Shown: one piece after another, positions 1 to 10,573 of the stretch
How the letters are laid out: each line of letters starts with the position of its first letter
How positions within the stretch are numbered: position 1 is the first letter of the stretch
Assembly: GCA_029258515.1 (NCBI GenBank)
Contig: JARHYK010000002.1
Coordinates: 167,216 to 231,215, forward strand
Reading direction: 5' to 3'
Source: Clostridia bacterium
Lineage (GTDB): Bacteria; Bacillota; Clostridia; TANB77; CAG-508
Length of the DNA stretch: 64,000 nucleotides
Made by a program: the position numbers and the translations under genes
Notes under the pieces: generated by a model
Seen by the model: the letters and a program-made list of their open reading frames with translations, nothing else
The model's database searches: none
Told to the model about the DNA's origin: nothing

Positions 1-1465
1 TATGATCTTTTATTCTTTTTTTGGCGTAATCAACCATTGTTCCATTTGTAATAATAAAAAGCCAATCACTACTTTGGGCAAGTAATAGTTCTCTTGCACA
101 TTGATTTAATGTTTCTTTTTGAATATCAGTAGCATTAGGATATAGTGTAGCTAATTCACACATTCTGTCACCTGCAACATGAAGATGTTTATGGACATAA
201 TCATTTGAAGGATTAAGCCAAACTTCACTGTAACCGTTAGCACCCCAACTTGAACGGCAAGGTGTTGAAACTTGTATTTCTGGATATTTGTCGATATATT
301 CTGATGGTGTAATTAGTTCAAAGTTACAATTATCATAATATATTTTTTTGAATAATATATATAACCAATAAGGACCTTCATACCACCAATGCCCATAAAG
401 TTCAGCATCATATGGACATAAAATGATAGGTGGTTTATCCATATAGTTAGAAATTTCATTAATTTGTTTAGTTCTACAATCTAGAAAATGTCCTGCTTGT
501 TTTTCTGCTGAATCTTTAGCCCATTGAACGTTATAATAATCCTTAAATTCAGTTTTTCCTGTAATTCTATAATATTTAATACCAGTATGAACTCTAACAC
601 CATTATGAGCAATATATGGTTTAATATAATCATAATCAGCTTCATAACCAATATCACGATAAAATTCACGATAATTGAAATCTCCAGGATAACCATTTAT
701 TGAACTCCATACTTGTCTAGAAGATTCTAAGTCACGTCCAAATGCTACAATTCCGGTAGGAGATACGATTGGTGCAAATGTACCATATATTGGAGTTGGA
801 TTTGCATATAAAATACCATGTGTTTCTGTTATTACATAGTCTATTCCAAACTCTTTTAAATATTTATCTGCTTCTGGAACATATCCACATTCAGGAAGCC
901 AAATACCACGTGGCTTTCTTCCAAAGTATTTTTCATATGTTTGAACACCAACAGCTATTTGAGCTTTTACTGTTTTTTCATTTACATATAATATTGGAAA
1001 ATATCCATGTGTTGCTCCACATGTAATTATTTCTAAAACTCCAATGTCTTGAAAATGTTTAAAGGCATTTATTAAATTACAGTTATATACATCTTTAAAT
1101 AAATGTAAATCATTAGAATATCTATCATGATAGTAATGAGATAATTCATTTAGTCTAGAATCATAAGCTGTTCTTTTAATTTCTTTTTTTGATAATTCAA
1201 TTAATTGTTTTAAATAATGAATATATTTTTTTTGTAATAGTTTATTATCTAACATTGAAAGAAGGGGAGGTGTCATAGACATAGTAATTCTAAAATTAAC
1301 ACCTTCATCAACTAATTTTTGGAAATTTGTAAGTAATGGTATATATGTTTCTGAAATTGCCTCATATAACCAAGACTCTTCTAAATAATCATCACTTTCT
1401 GGATGATGTATAAATGGTAGATGTGCATGTAATACAAAACTTACATATCCTTTTTTCTCTTGCAT
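1..1465 (-). CDS. glycoside hydrolase family 57 protein (glycogen/alpha-glucan branching-type); C-terminus runs off the window start
   Basis: The minus-strand frame is open from the ATG at 1465..1463 to position 1. The translation begins MQEKKGYVSFVLHAHLPFIHHPE, typical of the GH57 N-terminus. An AAGGAG RBS lies 8 nt upstream. Confidence 0.7.
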   Translation of the reverse strand, partial: MQEKKGYVSFVLHAHLPFIHHPESDDYLEESWLYEAISETYIPLLTNFQKLVDEGVNFRITMSMTPPLLSMLDNKLLQKKYIHYLKQLIELSKKEIKRTAYDSRLNELSHYYHDRYSNDLHLFKDVYNCNLINAFKHFQDIGVLEIITCGATHGYFPILYVNEKTVKAQIAVGVQTYEKYFGRKPRGIWLPECGYVPEADKYLKEFGIDYVITETHGILYANPTPIYGTFAPIVSPTGIVAFGRDLESSRQVWSSINGYPGDFNYREFYRDIGYEADYDYIKPYIAHNGVRVHTGIKYYRITGKTEFKDYYNVQWAKDSAEKQAGHFLDCRTKQINEISNYMDKPPIILCPYDAELYGHWWYEGPYWLYILFKKIYYDNCNFELITPSEYIDKYPEIQVSTPCRSSWGANGYSEVWLNPSNDYVHKHLHVAGDRMCELATLYPNATDIQKETLNQCARELLLAQSSDWLFIITNGTMVDYAKKRIKDH

Positions 1466-1532
1466 TTTTAACTCCTTTTTTAAAGAGGAGAATAGAAGTT
1501 ATATTTTCCTCTTTTTTATATTACGTATTTTA

Positions 1533-2261
1533 TTACATAGAAGATGGGTTTGATAAAATATCTTCTATTATTTCATTTTCATATATTTTTTGATAGATTT
1601 TATTAATGTCATTTGATGTTATTTTTTTACTATATTGTTTATTAGTTTTTATATTTTTAACTTCAATAGAATTAATATTATTAGTATCTAGTACTTTATT
1701 ATTAGGAGATTGAAGTTCATTAGATGTAGAAATATGTAAAAAATTAGAATTAATTGGTTTTGATGGATATTTTTGTATTTCTTGTTCACTAAAATTAGTA
1801 GTTGAGGTATATTCTAAAATAGGTTTTCTACCAAGTTCGATTCTATAATTGCAATTACTATCAGTTACATTTAAATACCAGCAATTAGCAAAATCATTAA
1901 TATCTACTTCAAAACTGTAATTCATAGTATCATTATGAACAATTAAGATAGGGCGAGTTTTATAAAAAAAGTCATATCCATATTGCTTTTTAAAGTTTTC
2001 TATATCTTTGTCAGAGATTTCCCAATAAACAAATAAAGTTGTTGGAGTTTGGGCGAGAAGCTTAATAATAGTTTGATTATATTTATATGGTAAATCATAA
2101 TATTCAACAACTTCTATTTTTTTCTTTTTTACAGTAGGACTTTTTTTAGTAGATAAAGTTTTAGATGTTTTTTTATTTTTTGTTATTTTAGTACTTATTA
2201 GTTTTTTTGATTTTATTTCCTCTTTTTTATTGTATTTTTGTTCTTTAGTTTTCTCTGACAT
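1533..2261 (-). CDS. DUF4912-like protein, commonly paired with GH57 glycogen genes
   Basis: 242 aa ORF with a GGAGG RBS. Lys-rich N-terminus followed by a conserved C-terminal domain (LFVYWEISDKDIENF). Sits directly upstream of the GH57 gene on the same strand. Confidence 0.55.
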   Translation of the reverse strand: MSEKTKEQKYNKKEEIKSKKLISTKITKNKKTSKTLSTKKSPTVKKKKIEVVEYYDLPYKYNQTIIKLLAQTPTTLFVYWEISDKDIENFKKQYGYDFFYKTRPILIVHNDTMNYSFEVDINDFANCWYLNVTDSNCNYRIELGRKPILEYTSTTNFSEQEIQKYPSKPINSNFLHISTSNELQSPNNKVLDTNNINSIEVKNIKTNKQYSKKITSNDINKIYQKIYENEIIEDILSNPSSM

Positions 2262-2800
2262 AATAATCCTCCTATGTATAATTTTTCTTAATATATCTTA
2301 TACTAAAAACTAAATTAATTCAAGTAATTTTAATAATAAATTTTTAAAAAATCTGAAAGGAAAATTATTAAAATGTAAATATATAGTAGAACAGTTAAAA
2401 ATAAGTTTTATAATAATGTTTTGATAGATTTAGATAATTTTTAAATATTATTTAAAATGAAATATTTATAGATGTATGATATGATAAAGATGGGATTTTT
2501 TCCACGTAAATGTGGAAAAAAAGATGTTGATATTTTAAAAATGAAAATATATAATTTATATAAAATAATTGTAATATATAGTATAGAAAGACAAAGGTAA
2601 ATACAAATGAATAAGGATTTTTTAGAAGTATATAAAAATAGGATTATAAATAATTTTAAATATGGGAAAATAGATAAAAAGATGTATAATAGTAGCAATA
2701 ATGAGCTATGCTAATTTTAGTGTGGTTTATTATTGGTATTTTTGATTTAATTGAACTTAATACATAAATAGTATAAATAAGAAATAGGAGAAATTTTAAG

Positions 2801-4354
2801 ATGGAAAAAATAAAAATAAAGAAAACAAATGGTATTACTTTAATTGCATTAGTAATTACAATAATAGTTTTATTAATCTTAGCAGGTGTAACAATAGCAA
2901 GTTTAAGTGGAGATAATGGAATACTTCAAAGAGCAAGTGAAGCAAAGAAAAAAACTAACAAAGAAGATGCAGAAGAATCAATAAAATTACTATTAACAGA
3001 AGTTCAAATGGAGAAAAATTTAGGAACAAAACCATTAAAAGATTTGTTAGAAGAAAAATTTGGACAAAGTAATGTAAAGCCAAATGGAGATGGATTTAAA
3101 GTAATAAAAGATGGTTATGAAGCAACAATTGATGCTAATGGTAATTTAGTAGGAGAAGTAGTAAAAGTAGGAACAGGGGGAGAAATACCAATACCACCAA
3201 CAACAGGTAAAACAGATGGGAGTTGGGATGCAACAAAAGGTGTAAATTCACCTAAATTAAAAGATAATATGAAATTAGTAACATACAGCAATGGAAATTG
3301 GGTAGAAGATACAACTAATTTAGCTTATAAATATGTTGCAGGAACAGGAAATGAAGACAATATTTCAAGTGAATGGGCAAATGCTGTTTTAGATGGAAAT
3401 TATTATGTATGGATACCGAGGTATGCGTATAAAATAGATAATAGTGTAACATATACAAGTCAAGCAGGTACAAGTCATAAAATAGATGTTAAATTTGTTG
3501 ACAATAGTGTAAAAGGAACAACAAGTGATGGGTATATAGTACATCCCGCATTTACATTTGGAACAGAAGAGCTAAGTGGAATATGGGTAGGAAAATATGA
3601 AACAAGTAGAAGTGATGCAACAGAAACTCAAGAAGGAACAGCTATAACAGTAAAAATACAACCAAATGTTAGAAGTTATAGAAATATAACTGTATCAACA
3701 ATGTTTGAAGCAGCTAAAAGTTTAAGTAAGCCAAATGTAGATGCTCATATGATGAAAAATACAGAATGGGGAGCAGTAGCATATTTGGCACAAAGTCCAT
3801 ATGGAAGAAATGGAACAGAAGTAAGTGTGAATCAATGTAGTGATTATATAACAGGAGCAGGAAAGACTAAAGGAATAAATAAAATTTATGAAAGTACAAC
3901 TTATTCACAAGCAGACATAGAACCAGAACAAAAATATGATGGAGCTATAGGTAAAATGTCAAGTACAACAGGAAATGTATATGGAGTATATGATATGTCG
4001 GGTGGAGCATTGGAGTATGTAATGGGGGTATATGGAACAGGAAATCCATTAAAACCATCAATTGGCAGTTCTTCAGGATTTGATATTAATAAATTCCCAG
4101 AAAGTAAGCATTATGATGTATATGAAAATAAAACAAATGATTATGGAAATTATGAAGGTGGTAAAGATGGTGATGCAACTAAGGAAATTCAAAATTGGAA
4201 TAATGATTTTGCTTACTTTGTGAATTCTGACCATCCGTTTTTCTTACGAGGAGGTAGATATAATAATTCTGGCAATTCAGGTTTGCTTTGCTTTACCTGG
4301 GGTAATGGTAATGCTTACGGTGATCTCGGTTTTCGTCTTTGCCTTGTGGTATAG
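2801..4354 (+). CDS. type IV prepilin-like N-terminus fused to an FGE-sulfatase/C-type-lectin-fold domain protein; candidate DGR target
   Basis: Short basic leader ending in G (MEKIKIKKTNG), then a hydrophobic helix ITLIALVITIIVLLILAGV. FGE-sulfatase domain motifs TEWGAVAY, GVYDMSGGALEYV and RGG...GFRLC are present. The C-terminal 35 codons are A-depleted and Asn/Ser/Gly/Tyr-rich. Confidence 0.75.
   Translation: MEKIKIKKTNGITLIALVITIIVLLILAGVTIASLSGDNGILQRASEAKKKTNKEDAEESIKLLLTEVQMEKNLGTKPLKDLLEEKFGQSNVKPNGDGFKVIKDGYEATIDANGNLVGEVVKVGTGGEIPIPPTTGKTDGSWDATKGVNSPKLKDNMKLVTYSNGNWVEDTTNLAYKYVAGTGNEDNISSEWANAVLDGNYYVWIPRYAYKIDNSVTYTSQAGTSHKIDVKFVDNSVKGTTSDGYIVHPAFTFGTEELSGIWVGKYETSRSDATETQEGTAITVKIQPNVRSYRNITVSTMFEAAKSLSKPNVDAHMMKNTEWGAVAYLAQSPYGRNGTEVSVNQCSDYITGAGKTKGINKIYESTTYSQADIEPEQKYDGAIGKMSSTTGNVYGVYDMSGGALEYVMGVYGTGNPLKPSIGSSSGFDINKFPESKHYDVYENKTNDYGNYEGGKDGDATKEIQNWNNDFAYFVNSDHPFFLRGGRYNNSGNSGLLCFTWGNGNAYGDLGFRLCLVV
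2828..4010 (+). repeat. dispersed repeat copy A (paralogous to 30761..31900; about 95% identical over the first ~780 nt, patchy thereafter)
   Basis: By-eye nucleotide alignment of the two pilin/FGE genes. Identity begins exactly at the codons for NGITLIAL. Confidence 0.8.
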
Positions 4355-4715
4355 AAATGTGAATTTTGTAATTTGTAATGTGCATAATTTAATAAAATGT
4401 TAAATCTCTTATATAGTAGATATTATTGTGATATAAAATTGCAAAGATACTATATAGGAGTTTTTTATGATTGACAAAAGTTGTTAGTAAAGTTGTAAGA
4501 AAATATGTAAGTGAGAGTTTTAAATATTATACGAAAGATAGATATTATCTAAAGATATTAAATGTGATAAGATATAATTAAATAGACAAGCTAAAAAAAG
4601 AAAAGAAGATTACAGAAATTATTAAGTGATAAGAATTTTAAAAAATAATGACAAAAGATTAAAATATACTTGAAAAATAAAAAAAAGTGTGTTAATATAT
4701 AAAAGAATTGTTGAT

Positions 4716-4790
4716 AGGGGTATAGTGTCAATGGTAGCACATCGGTCTCCAAAACCGCCTGTGAGGGTTCGAATCCTTCTACCCCTGCCA
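4716..4790 (+). tRNA. tRNA-Trp (anticodon CCA)
   Basis: A cloverleaf can be folded by hand. Acceptor stem AGGGGTA/TACCCCT, anticodon loop CTCCAAA, T-loop TTCGAAT and a 3' CCA. Confidence 0.85.
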
Positions 4791-4799
4791 TATATATTT

Positions 4800-4995
4800 G
4801 CAATGAAGAAGAAAAAATGTGGTTTGTTATTTTTTAGAGAGCAAGTGATGGTGAAATACTTGTAAATAATACACATGGGGAGCTTTGGAGCAATTTAAAA
4901 TTAAGGTGCCTAATTTTTTTAGGAAATAGGGTGGAAACGCGGAAATTAACTTTCGTCCCTAGCTTTTAGTAGCTAGGTGCGAAAGTTTTTTATAT
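4800..4995 (+). promoter_or_regulatory. T-box riboswitch leader of glyQS
   Basis: Conserved T-box sequence AATAGGGTGGAAACGCGG at about 4925-4942. It is followed by a terminator hairpin, TCGTCCCTAGC...GCTAGGTGCGAAAG plus a T-run, ending about 35 nt before the glyQS RBS. Confidence 0.6.
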
Positions 4996-5021
4996 ATTTA
5001 TATTTTAAGGAGGAATTGTTT

Positions 5022-6404
5022 ATGTTAAAATCAATGGATCAAATAGTAAATTTATGTAAAAGCAGAGGATATATTTATCCAGGTTCAGAAATTTATGGAG
5101 GATTAGCTAATTCATGGGATTATGGACCACTAGGAGTTGAATTAAAAAATAATATAAAGAGAGCTTGGAGAAAAAAATTCATACAAGAAAAACAAAATGT
5201 AGTAGGATTAGATGCAGCAATATTAATGAATCCAGAAACATGGGTAGCATCAGGACATGTTGGTGGATTTTCAGATCCTTTAATAGATTGTAAAGAATGT
5301 AAAACAAGACACAGAGCAGATAAATTAATAGAAGAATGGGCACATGAACACGGAAAAGATATGGTAGCAGATGGAATGTCAGATGAAGAATTAATAAATT
5401 TTATTAATGAAAATAAAATAGCTTGTCCAAACTGTGGTAAAACTAATTTTACAGATGTAAGAAAATTTAATTTAATGTATAAAACATATCAAGGAGTGAC
5501 AGAAGATACAACATCAGAAATCTTTTTAAGACCAGAAACAGCACAAGGAATATTTGTAAATTATAAAAATGTAATGAGAACAACTAGAAAAAAATTACCA
5601 GTAGGAATAGGGCAAATAGGAAAAGCGTTTAGAAATGAAATAACACCAGGAAACTTTATTTTCAGAACACGTGAATTTGAACAAATGGAATTAGAATTTT
5701 TCTGTAAGCCAGGAACAGATTTAGAATGGTATGAATATTGGAAAGAATTTTGTAAGAATTGGTTATTAAATTTAGGAATGAAAGAAGAAAATATTAGATT
5801 AAGAGAACATACTCAAGAAGAATTAGTATTTTATAGTAAAGGAACAACAGATATAGAATATAAATTTCCATTTGGTTGGGGTGAGTTATGGGGAATAGCA
5901 GATAGAACAGACTATGACTTAAAACAACACATGGAACATTCAAAACAAGATTTGACATATCAAGATATAGAAAATAAAGAAAAATATATACCATATGTAA
6001 TAGAACCATCAGTAGGAGCAGATAGAGTATTGTTAGCGTTTTTATGTAATAGTTATGAAGAAGAAGAAATTGACAAAGGAGATACAAGAACAGTATTACA
6101 TCTTCATCCAGCATTAGCACCATTTAAAGCAGCAGTATTACCATTGTCTAAGAAATTATCAGAAAAAGCGAATGAAGTATATGAAAAATTATCAAAAGAC
6201 TTTATGTGTGATTATGATGAAGCTGGAAGTATAGGAAAAAGATATAGAAGAGAAGATGAAATAGGAACACCATATTCAATAACAGTTGATTTTGATACAT
6301 TAGAGGATGATACAGTAACTATAAGAGACCGTGATACTATGGAACAAGTAAGAGTTAAAATACATGAATTAAATGACTGGTTAAGTGAAAAAATCAAGTT
6401 TTAA
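5022..6404 (+). CDS. glyQS: glycine--tRNA ligase (alpha2 type)
   Basis: Strong class II GlyRS homology ([21 protein letters not shown]...). GGAGG RBS 9 nt upstream of the ATG at 5022. Confidence 0.9.
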   Translation: MLKSMDQIVNLCKSRGYIYPGSEIYGGLANSWDYGPLGVELKNNIKRAWRKKFIQEKQNVVGLDAAILMNPETWVASGHVGGFSDPLIDCKECKTRHRADKLIEEWAHEHGKDMVADGMSDEELINFINENKIACPNCGKTNFTDVRKFNLMYKTYQGVTEDTTSEIFLRPETAQGIFVNYKNVMRTTRKKLPVGIGQIGKAFRNEITPGNFIFRTREFEQMELEFFCKPGTDLEWYEYWKEFCKNWLLNLGMKEENIRLREHTQEELVFYSKGTTDIEYKFPFGWGELWGIADRTDYDLKQHMEHSKQDLTYQDIENKEKYIPYVIEPSVGADRVLLAFLCNSYEEEEIDKGDTRTVLHLHPALAPFKAAVLPLSKKLSEKANEVYEKLSKDFMCDYDEAGSIGKRYRREDEIGTPYSITVDFDTLEDDTVTIRDRDTMEQVRVKIHELNDWLSEKIKF

Positions 6405-6411
6405 GTAAAAA

Positions 6412-6440
6412 AATAAAAGGCTTCGTATGAAGCCTTTTTA
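6412..6440. terminator. bidirectional rho-independent terminator
   Basis: Hairpin AAGGCTTCGTATGAAGCCTT flanked by A- and T-runs, between convergent glyQS and the thioesterase gene. Confidence 0.6.
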
Positions 6441-7163
6441 ATATAAACTAATTAAAGCGTGTAAAATATTTTCTTCTTTGTTATATATTGCAACAATATG
6501 TTTATTATCATATAAAGAGTATTTACAAATCAATTTATCACCTAGTTTTATTTCTTTTTTGTATTGTATTTCTACATTATTAAAAGGTCTATCATTGATA
6601 TATACATCATCAGGTAGAGCATTATATGCAATATCTAGATAATATAAATTATGCATATGGCCATTTATATCAATATCTCTTCTAGAAGTAGTGTAAACTA
6701 TTGACTTTGAAAAAGAATCAGGAACTTTAATTTTTTCTATTTTTTTATTTTGGAAAATATCAATATTTTCTGGTTTGAAGCTAGTAATAATATCATCATT
6801 TAATCTAACCATTTTTCTAGTGTTAATATTAATTAAAGCCCATTTAGATGTGGCAATGGCACAAAGTTTATTTTCTTCATCATAAATTTCAAAATCACGG
6901 TATGTAAAAATTTTAGTCATATCTTTACCCCAAGTCTTAATATGAAGTTTTTGACCATATTTAGGTCTAGCTAAGACTTTTAATTTCCAAGCAAGTAAAA
7001 TCCAAGCTAAATGAGTAGTAGGAATATCATTTATGCCATATCCTGCCACATCAGAGTGATATGCACCAATATTTTCTAACATTTCTAAAATAGCTCTATT
7101 TTTAATCATATCATATTTTCCAACATCTTTTACACCTAATTCAAAATCGTGTTCAAAAATCAT
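6438..7163 (-). CDS. acyl-ACP thioesterase family protein
   Basis: 241 aa with the two hot-dog fold halves typical of FatA/FatB-type acyl-ACP thioesterases (PF01643-like). Confidence 0.7.
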   Translation of the reverse strand: MIFEHDFELGVKDVGKYDMIKNRAILEMLENIGAYHSDVAGYGINDIPTTHLAWILLAWKLKVLARPKYGQKLHIKTWGKDMTKIFTYRDFEIYDEENKLCAIATSKWALININTRKMVRLNDDIITSFKPENIDIFQNKKIEKIKVPDSFSKSIVYTTSRRDIDINGHMHNLYYLDIAYNALPDDVYINDRPFNNVEIQYKKEIKLGDKLICKYSLYDNKHIVAIYNKEENILHALISLY

Positions 7164-7185
7164 AAAGAATCAATCCTTTCAAGTG

Positions 7186-8493
7186 TTATTTGTTTTTTCC
7201 TAATAGTCTAAACATATTTTTTTTGTATTCTTCTACACCAGGTTGATTAAATGGATTAACGCCTAAAATCATACCTGACATTGCACAAGCTTTTTCAAAG
7301 AAATATAAAAGTTCACCTAAATTTAATTCATCTAGTTTATTCATTTCTATAACTATATTTGGTACATTACCACTGACATGAGCTTCAATAGTACCTTGAA
7401 TTGCTTTTTTATTTACAAAGTCCATAGTTTTATTTGCTAGATAGTTTAAACCATCTAAATTATCATCATCTGGGTTGATAGTAATGTCACTGTTTGGACT
7501 TTTTATAGTAACAACAGTTTCAAAAATATCTCTTCTACCTTCTTGTATATATTGGCCCATAGAATGTAAGTCAGTTGTAAAATCTACACCAGCAGGGAAG
7601 ATACCTTTATTTTCTTTTCCTTCACTTTCTCCATAAAGTTGTTTCCACCATTCTGTTAGATAGTGCATTTTAGGTTCGTAATTAACTAAAATTTCAGTTG
7701 TTTTTTCTAATTTTGAATATAAAATATTACGGGCAACTGCATATTGATAACATTCGTTATATTTTAAATTAGGGTCGTCAAATCTATTTTCAGCGATTCT
7801 AGCTCCTTCCATTAATTTGTCAATATCAATGCCTGCTACAGCGATAGGAAGTAAACCAACAGCTGTTAAAACAGAATATCTACCCCCAATATTATCAGGA
7901 ACTATAAATTGTTCATATCCTTCATTTTGAGCTAAAGTTTTTAAAGCACCTTTTTCTTTATCAGTTGTTGCATATATTCTACTTCTAGCTTCATCAATTC
8001 CATATTTATTTTCTAATATTTCTCTAAATATTCTAAAAGCAATAGCAGGTTCTGTTGTTGTTCCGGATTTAGAAATTATATTTATTGAAAAATCTTTGTT
8101 TCCAATATATTCAATTAAATCATTTATATAGTTTGGGCTTAAGTTGTTTCCTACATATAGAATTTTAGGGTGTTTTCTTAATTTATTTGGCAACATGTTA
8201 TAAAAAGTGCTTGTTAAACTTTCTATAACTGCTCTAGCACCTAAATATGAACCGCCAATACCAATAACTACTAAAATATCAGATTCTTTTGATATTTTTT
8301 TTGCAGCCTTTTTGATTTTTTTAAATTCTTCTTTATCATAATTTGAAGGTAAGTGTAACCAACCTACAAAGTCAGCTAAGCTATCTGCTCTTTTATGTAA
8401 TTCAGTGTGTATTTTTTTAACATTTGATTTATACTCTTCAATTTCTTTTTGTGTAATTGGAGTATTTTTTAAGTTTATTTTGATATTTGACAT
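7186..8493 (-). CDS. pgi: glucose-6-phosphate isomerase
   Basis: PGI family homology throughout. The start was reset to MSNIKIN, which has a GGAGG RBS. The longer ORF-track start at 8553 has no RBS. Confidence 0.9.
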   Translation of the reverse strand: MSNIKINLKNTPITQKEIEEYKSNVKKIHTELHKRADSLADFVGWLHLPSNYDKEEFKKIKKAAKKISKESDILVVIGIGGSYLGARAVIESLTSTFYNMLPNKLRKHPKILYVGNNLSPNYINDLIEYIGNKDFSINIISKSGTTTEPAIAFRIFREILENKYGIDEARSRIYATTDKEKGALKTLAQNEGYEQFIVPDNIGGRYSVLTAVGLLPIAVAGIDIDKLMEGARIAENRFDDPNLKYNECYQYAVARNILYSKLEKTTEILVNYEPKMHYLTEWWKQLYGESEGKENKGIFPAGVDFTTDLHSMGQYIQEGRRDIFETVVTIKSPNSDITINPDDDNLDGLNYLANKTMDFVNKKAIQGTIEAHVSGNVPNIVIEMNKLDELNLGELLYFFEKACAMSGMILGVNPFNQPGVEEYKKNMFRLLGKNK

Positions 8494-8610
8494 GTTTTTT
8501 CCTCCTCGTATATTATTATTTTTCTTATGATTTAAGATAATTTTATAATACATTAATTTGTTATATTTTTCAAGTAGTTTATAGTATTTTAATATTAAAA
8601 ATAAAAAGAA

Positions 8611-8650
8611 GATACGTACTATTGCAAATGAGCTATAGTACGTATCAACA
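8611..8650 (-). terminator. rho-independent terminator for the upstream cupin gene
   Basis: Perfect 12-bp inverted repeat GATACGTACTAT/ATAGTACGTATC with an 11-nt loop, followed by a T-run on the minus strand. Confidence 0.6.
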
Positions 8651-8653
8651 AAA

Positions 8654-9118
8654 CTAGAAATCTCTTTTACTTGAGATTTCTACACTCAAAATGTATAATT
8701 CTGAGTTGGAAGTATTTTCTATACAATGCGATTCTCCAGGTTTACAGATTGAATCAATTCCATTTGGGTAAAATAGAATTTCTGTAATATTTTTTGCTTG
8801 TCCACCTTTTTTACCATTTTTGTTTACATATTTAGTATGGGAATGTTCACCTATTAAACTATGTGGTTCAAGGCATAACCATGTAAATTTGTGCATGGTG
8901 TGCTTATAGTAAAAAGTTCCAAGCTTTTGTACTTTTACTTTTCCAAATCCAGTTATTGTTTTTAATTGCAATTCTTTCCATACTTTGGGGTTTGAGGTAT
9001 GTAAAATAGTGTATAACTCTTTCCATAAAGCATGATAAGGATCTTTTTTAGGAAAATTAAAAAGGTTTTGCCGAATTTTCTTTAATTTCCGTAAAGTTGT
9101 AATAGTAAAATCTTCCAT
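8654..9118 (-). CDS. cupin-fold hypothetical protein
   Basis: 154 aa with a GGAGG RBS. The His-rich motif HSLIGEHSH...H suggests a cupin metal site. Confidence 0.4.
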   Translation of the reverse strand: MEDFTITTLRKLKKIRQNLFNFPKKDPYHALWKELYTILHTSNPKVWKELQLKTITGFGKVKVQKLGTFYYKHTMHKFTWLCLEPHSLIGEHSHTKYVNKNGKKGGQAKNITEILFYPNGIDSICKPGESHCIENTSNSELYILSVEISSKRDF

Positions 9119-9231
9119 GTTTGTACCTCCTAAAAATTATTATAGTATACATAATAACACAATGAAGCGTATATTTCAAGGAAATCATAGAAAATTATAA
9201 TTATTTAATAAAATATCTAAGTACTTTTTAT

Positions 9232-10458
9232 TTATATTTTTATAATTTTATTAGTATAATCTAAATTTCCGAGACAATTATTATCATAGCCTAAAGTGTA
9301 TATATTAGTTGCTAAAATATCTTTATATAGCAAATCTTTTAAATAAGTATTAGTACACTTATCTTCGAATTTTTTAACAGAAGTAATAATAGGTAAATTA
9401 GGATTAGATTTAGAAATTTTGGAAAGTAAATTTTGACCATTAGAATTAAATCCTAAAACTCTAATATATGGAGAAATTTTTTTAGAAAATTCCATATTGT
9501 CTTTTGTGATATCTAGCAAAATATAAAGTAAAATTCTCTGAATTCTAGTTATAGTATATCTTTTGGATTTAATCATTTTTATTAATTCAGGAATTGTGCT
9601 ACATGTTAAAGAGGCTTTTTTTATTAAATTTTCTAAACCTTCATTTACATCTGGTAGATTAGCTATTTCAGCAAGAGACATATTTCGAAGTTTATATAAA
9701 ATTAGTTTATCAAATTTTGAAATATCAACTAAGCGATTGTCTTTTATATTTTCTTTTAAGATTGAATAGGAAGATTCAGGCATAACTTTAGAAAGAATAG
9801 CTAAATTGTTATTTTTTAAAGCGTATCTAATAGCACTTCCACTTGCAATATTTCCATGAATGCATTTATCACTATAATCTGAAGAACGTTTTATAGAATA
9901 TGGAATAATTGAGGAATGAAGTTTTTTTAAGGCTTTTATGTATTCTATTGCTAAAATATTATTTGGATTAGATAAAATATCTATATATTTTTTATCATTT
10001 CCTAAAAATGAAAGTAAAGCGGTTTCTCTAGCTTTAGGGTAAGATAAACCTTTATTTAATTCTATATTTAATATTTTTTTATACTTTTCTGGCTCATTGA
10101 CTAAAATTTCAGAGACTTTGTAAAAAAGGGGAATATTAGAATATTCAGCACCAAAAGATATAGTGTCAACGATATTTAAACTATCTAAGATTTTAATGCT
10201 ACCAAAGGCAAAGTTTTCTGCACTTGAAATTGAATAAATTAAAGGGAGTTCAATAACTAAGTCAATACCATTTAATAAGGCCATCTTAGTTCTACTCCAT
10301 TTATCTACTATGGCAGTTTCTCCTCGTTCAGTAAAATTGCCATTCATAACAGCAATTGTATATTTACTGTTAGTTATTTTTTTACTAAGTTCTAAGTGCT
10401 GTAGATGTCCATTATGAAAAGGATTATATTCTGCAACAATACCTAAAACTCTATCCAT
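9232..10458 (-). CDS. tmcAL: tRNA(Met) cytidine acetate ligase (YlbM/UPF0348 family nucleotidyltransferase)
   Basis: N-terminal motif GIVAEYNPFHNGH characteristic of the TmcAL/YlbM family. GGAGG RBS present. Confidence 0.75.
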   Translation of the reverse strand: MDRVLGIVAEYNPFHNGHLQHLELSKKITNSKYTIAVMNGNFTERGETAIVDKWSRTKMALLNGIDLVIELPLIYSISSAENFAFGSIKILDSLNIVDTISFGAEYSNIPLFYKVSEILVNEPEKYKKILNIELNKGLSYPKARETALLSFLGNDKKYIDILSNPNNILAIEYIKALKKLHSSIIPYSIKRSSDYSDKCIHGNIASGSAIRYALKNNNLAILSKVMPESSYSILKENIKDNRLVDISKFDKLILYKLRNMSLAEIANLPDVNEGLENLIKKASLTCSTIPELIKMIKSKRYTITRIQRILLYILLDITKDNMEFSKKISPYIRVLGFNSNGQNLLSKISKSNPNLPIITSVKKFEDKCTNTYLKDLLYKDILATNIYTLGYDNNCLGNLDYTNKIIKI

Positions 10459-10573
10459 AAAAATTACCTCCTAGATTAAATTTAAAATAAAATAAAAAAA
10501 CATTGTTTTATTCTATTTTTATGGTATAATTATATCACAAAAGAAAATAAAAAACAATAGAAAAGAGGAAAAT

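Noticed and set aside
2441-2735. An 85-aa minus-strand ORF and two small plus-strand ORFs (about 41 and 35 aa) in the long spacer upstream of pilin-FGE gene 1
   Set aside because: Extreme AT content gives long chance ORFs. There are no convincing RBSs and the translations are low-complexity. The hairpin TTCCACGTAAATGTGGAA at 2497..2520 is noted only as a possible terminator or regulatory stem.
4591-4876. Two minus-strand ORFs (70 and 84 aa) from the six-frame track
   Set aside because: They overlap the tRNA-Trp gene and the T-box leader, have low-complexity hydrophobic translations and no RBS. They are artefacts of AT-rich sequence.
5794-6397. Antisense ORFs inside glyQS (109 and 61 aa) and similar antisense ORFs inside other genes (9563..9769, 11983..12318, 17506..17961, 21908..22213, 40151..40630, 43564..43992, 46337..46990, 48836..49633)
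   Set aside because: They lie opposite well-supported conserved genes, have low-complexity translations and no RBS. The 265-aa ORF antisense to ftsH is a typical shadow ORF.
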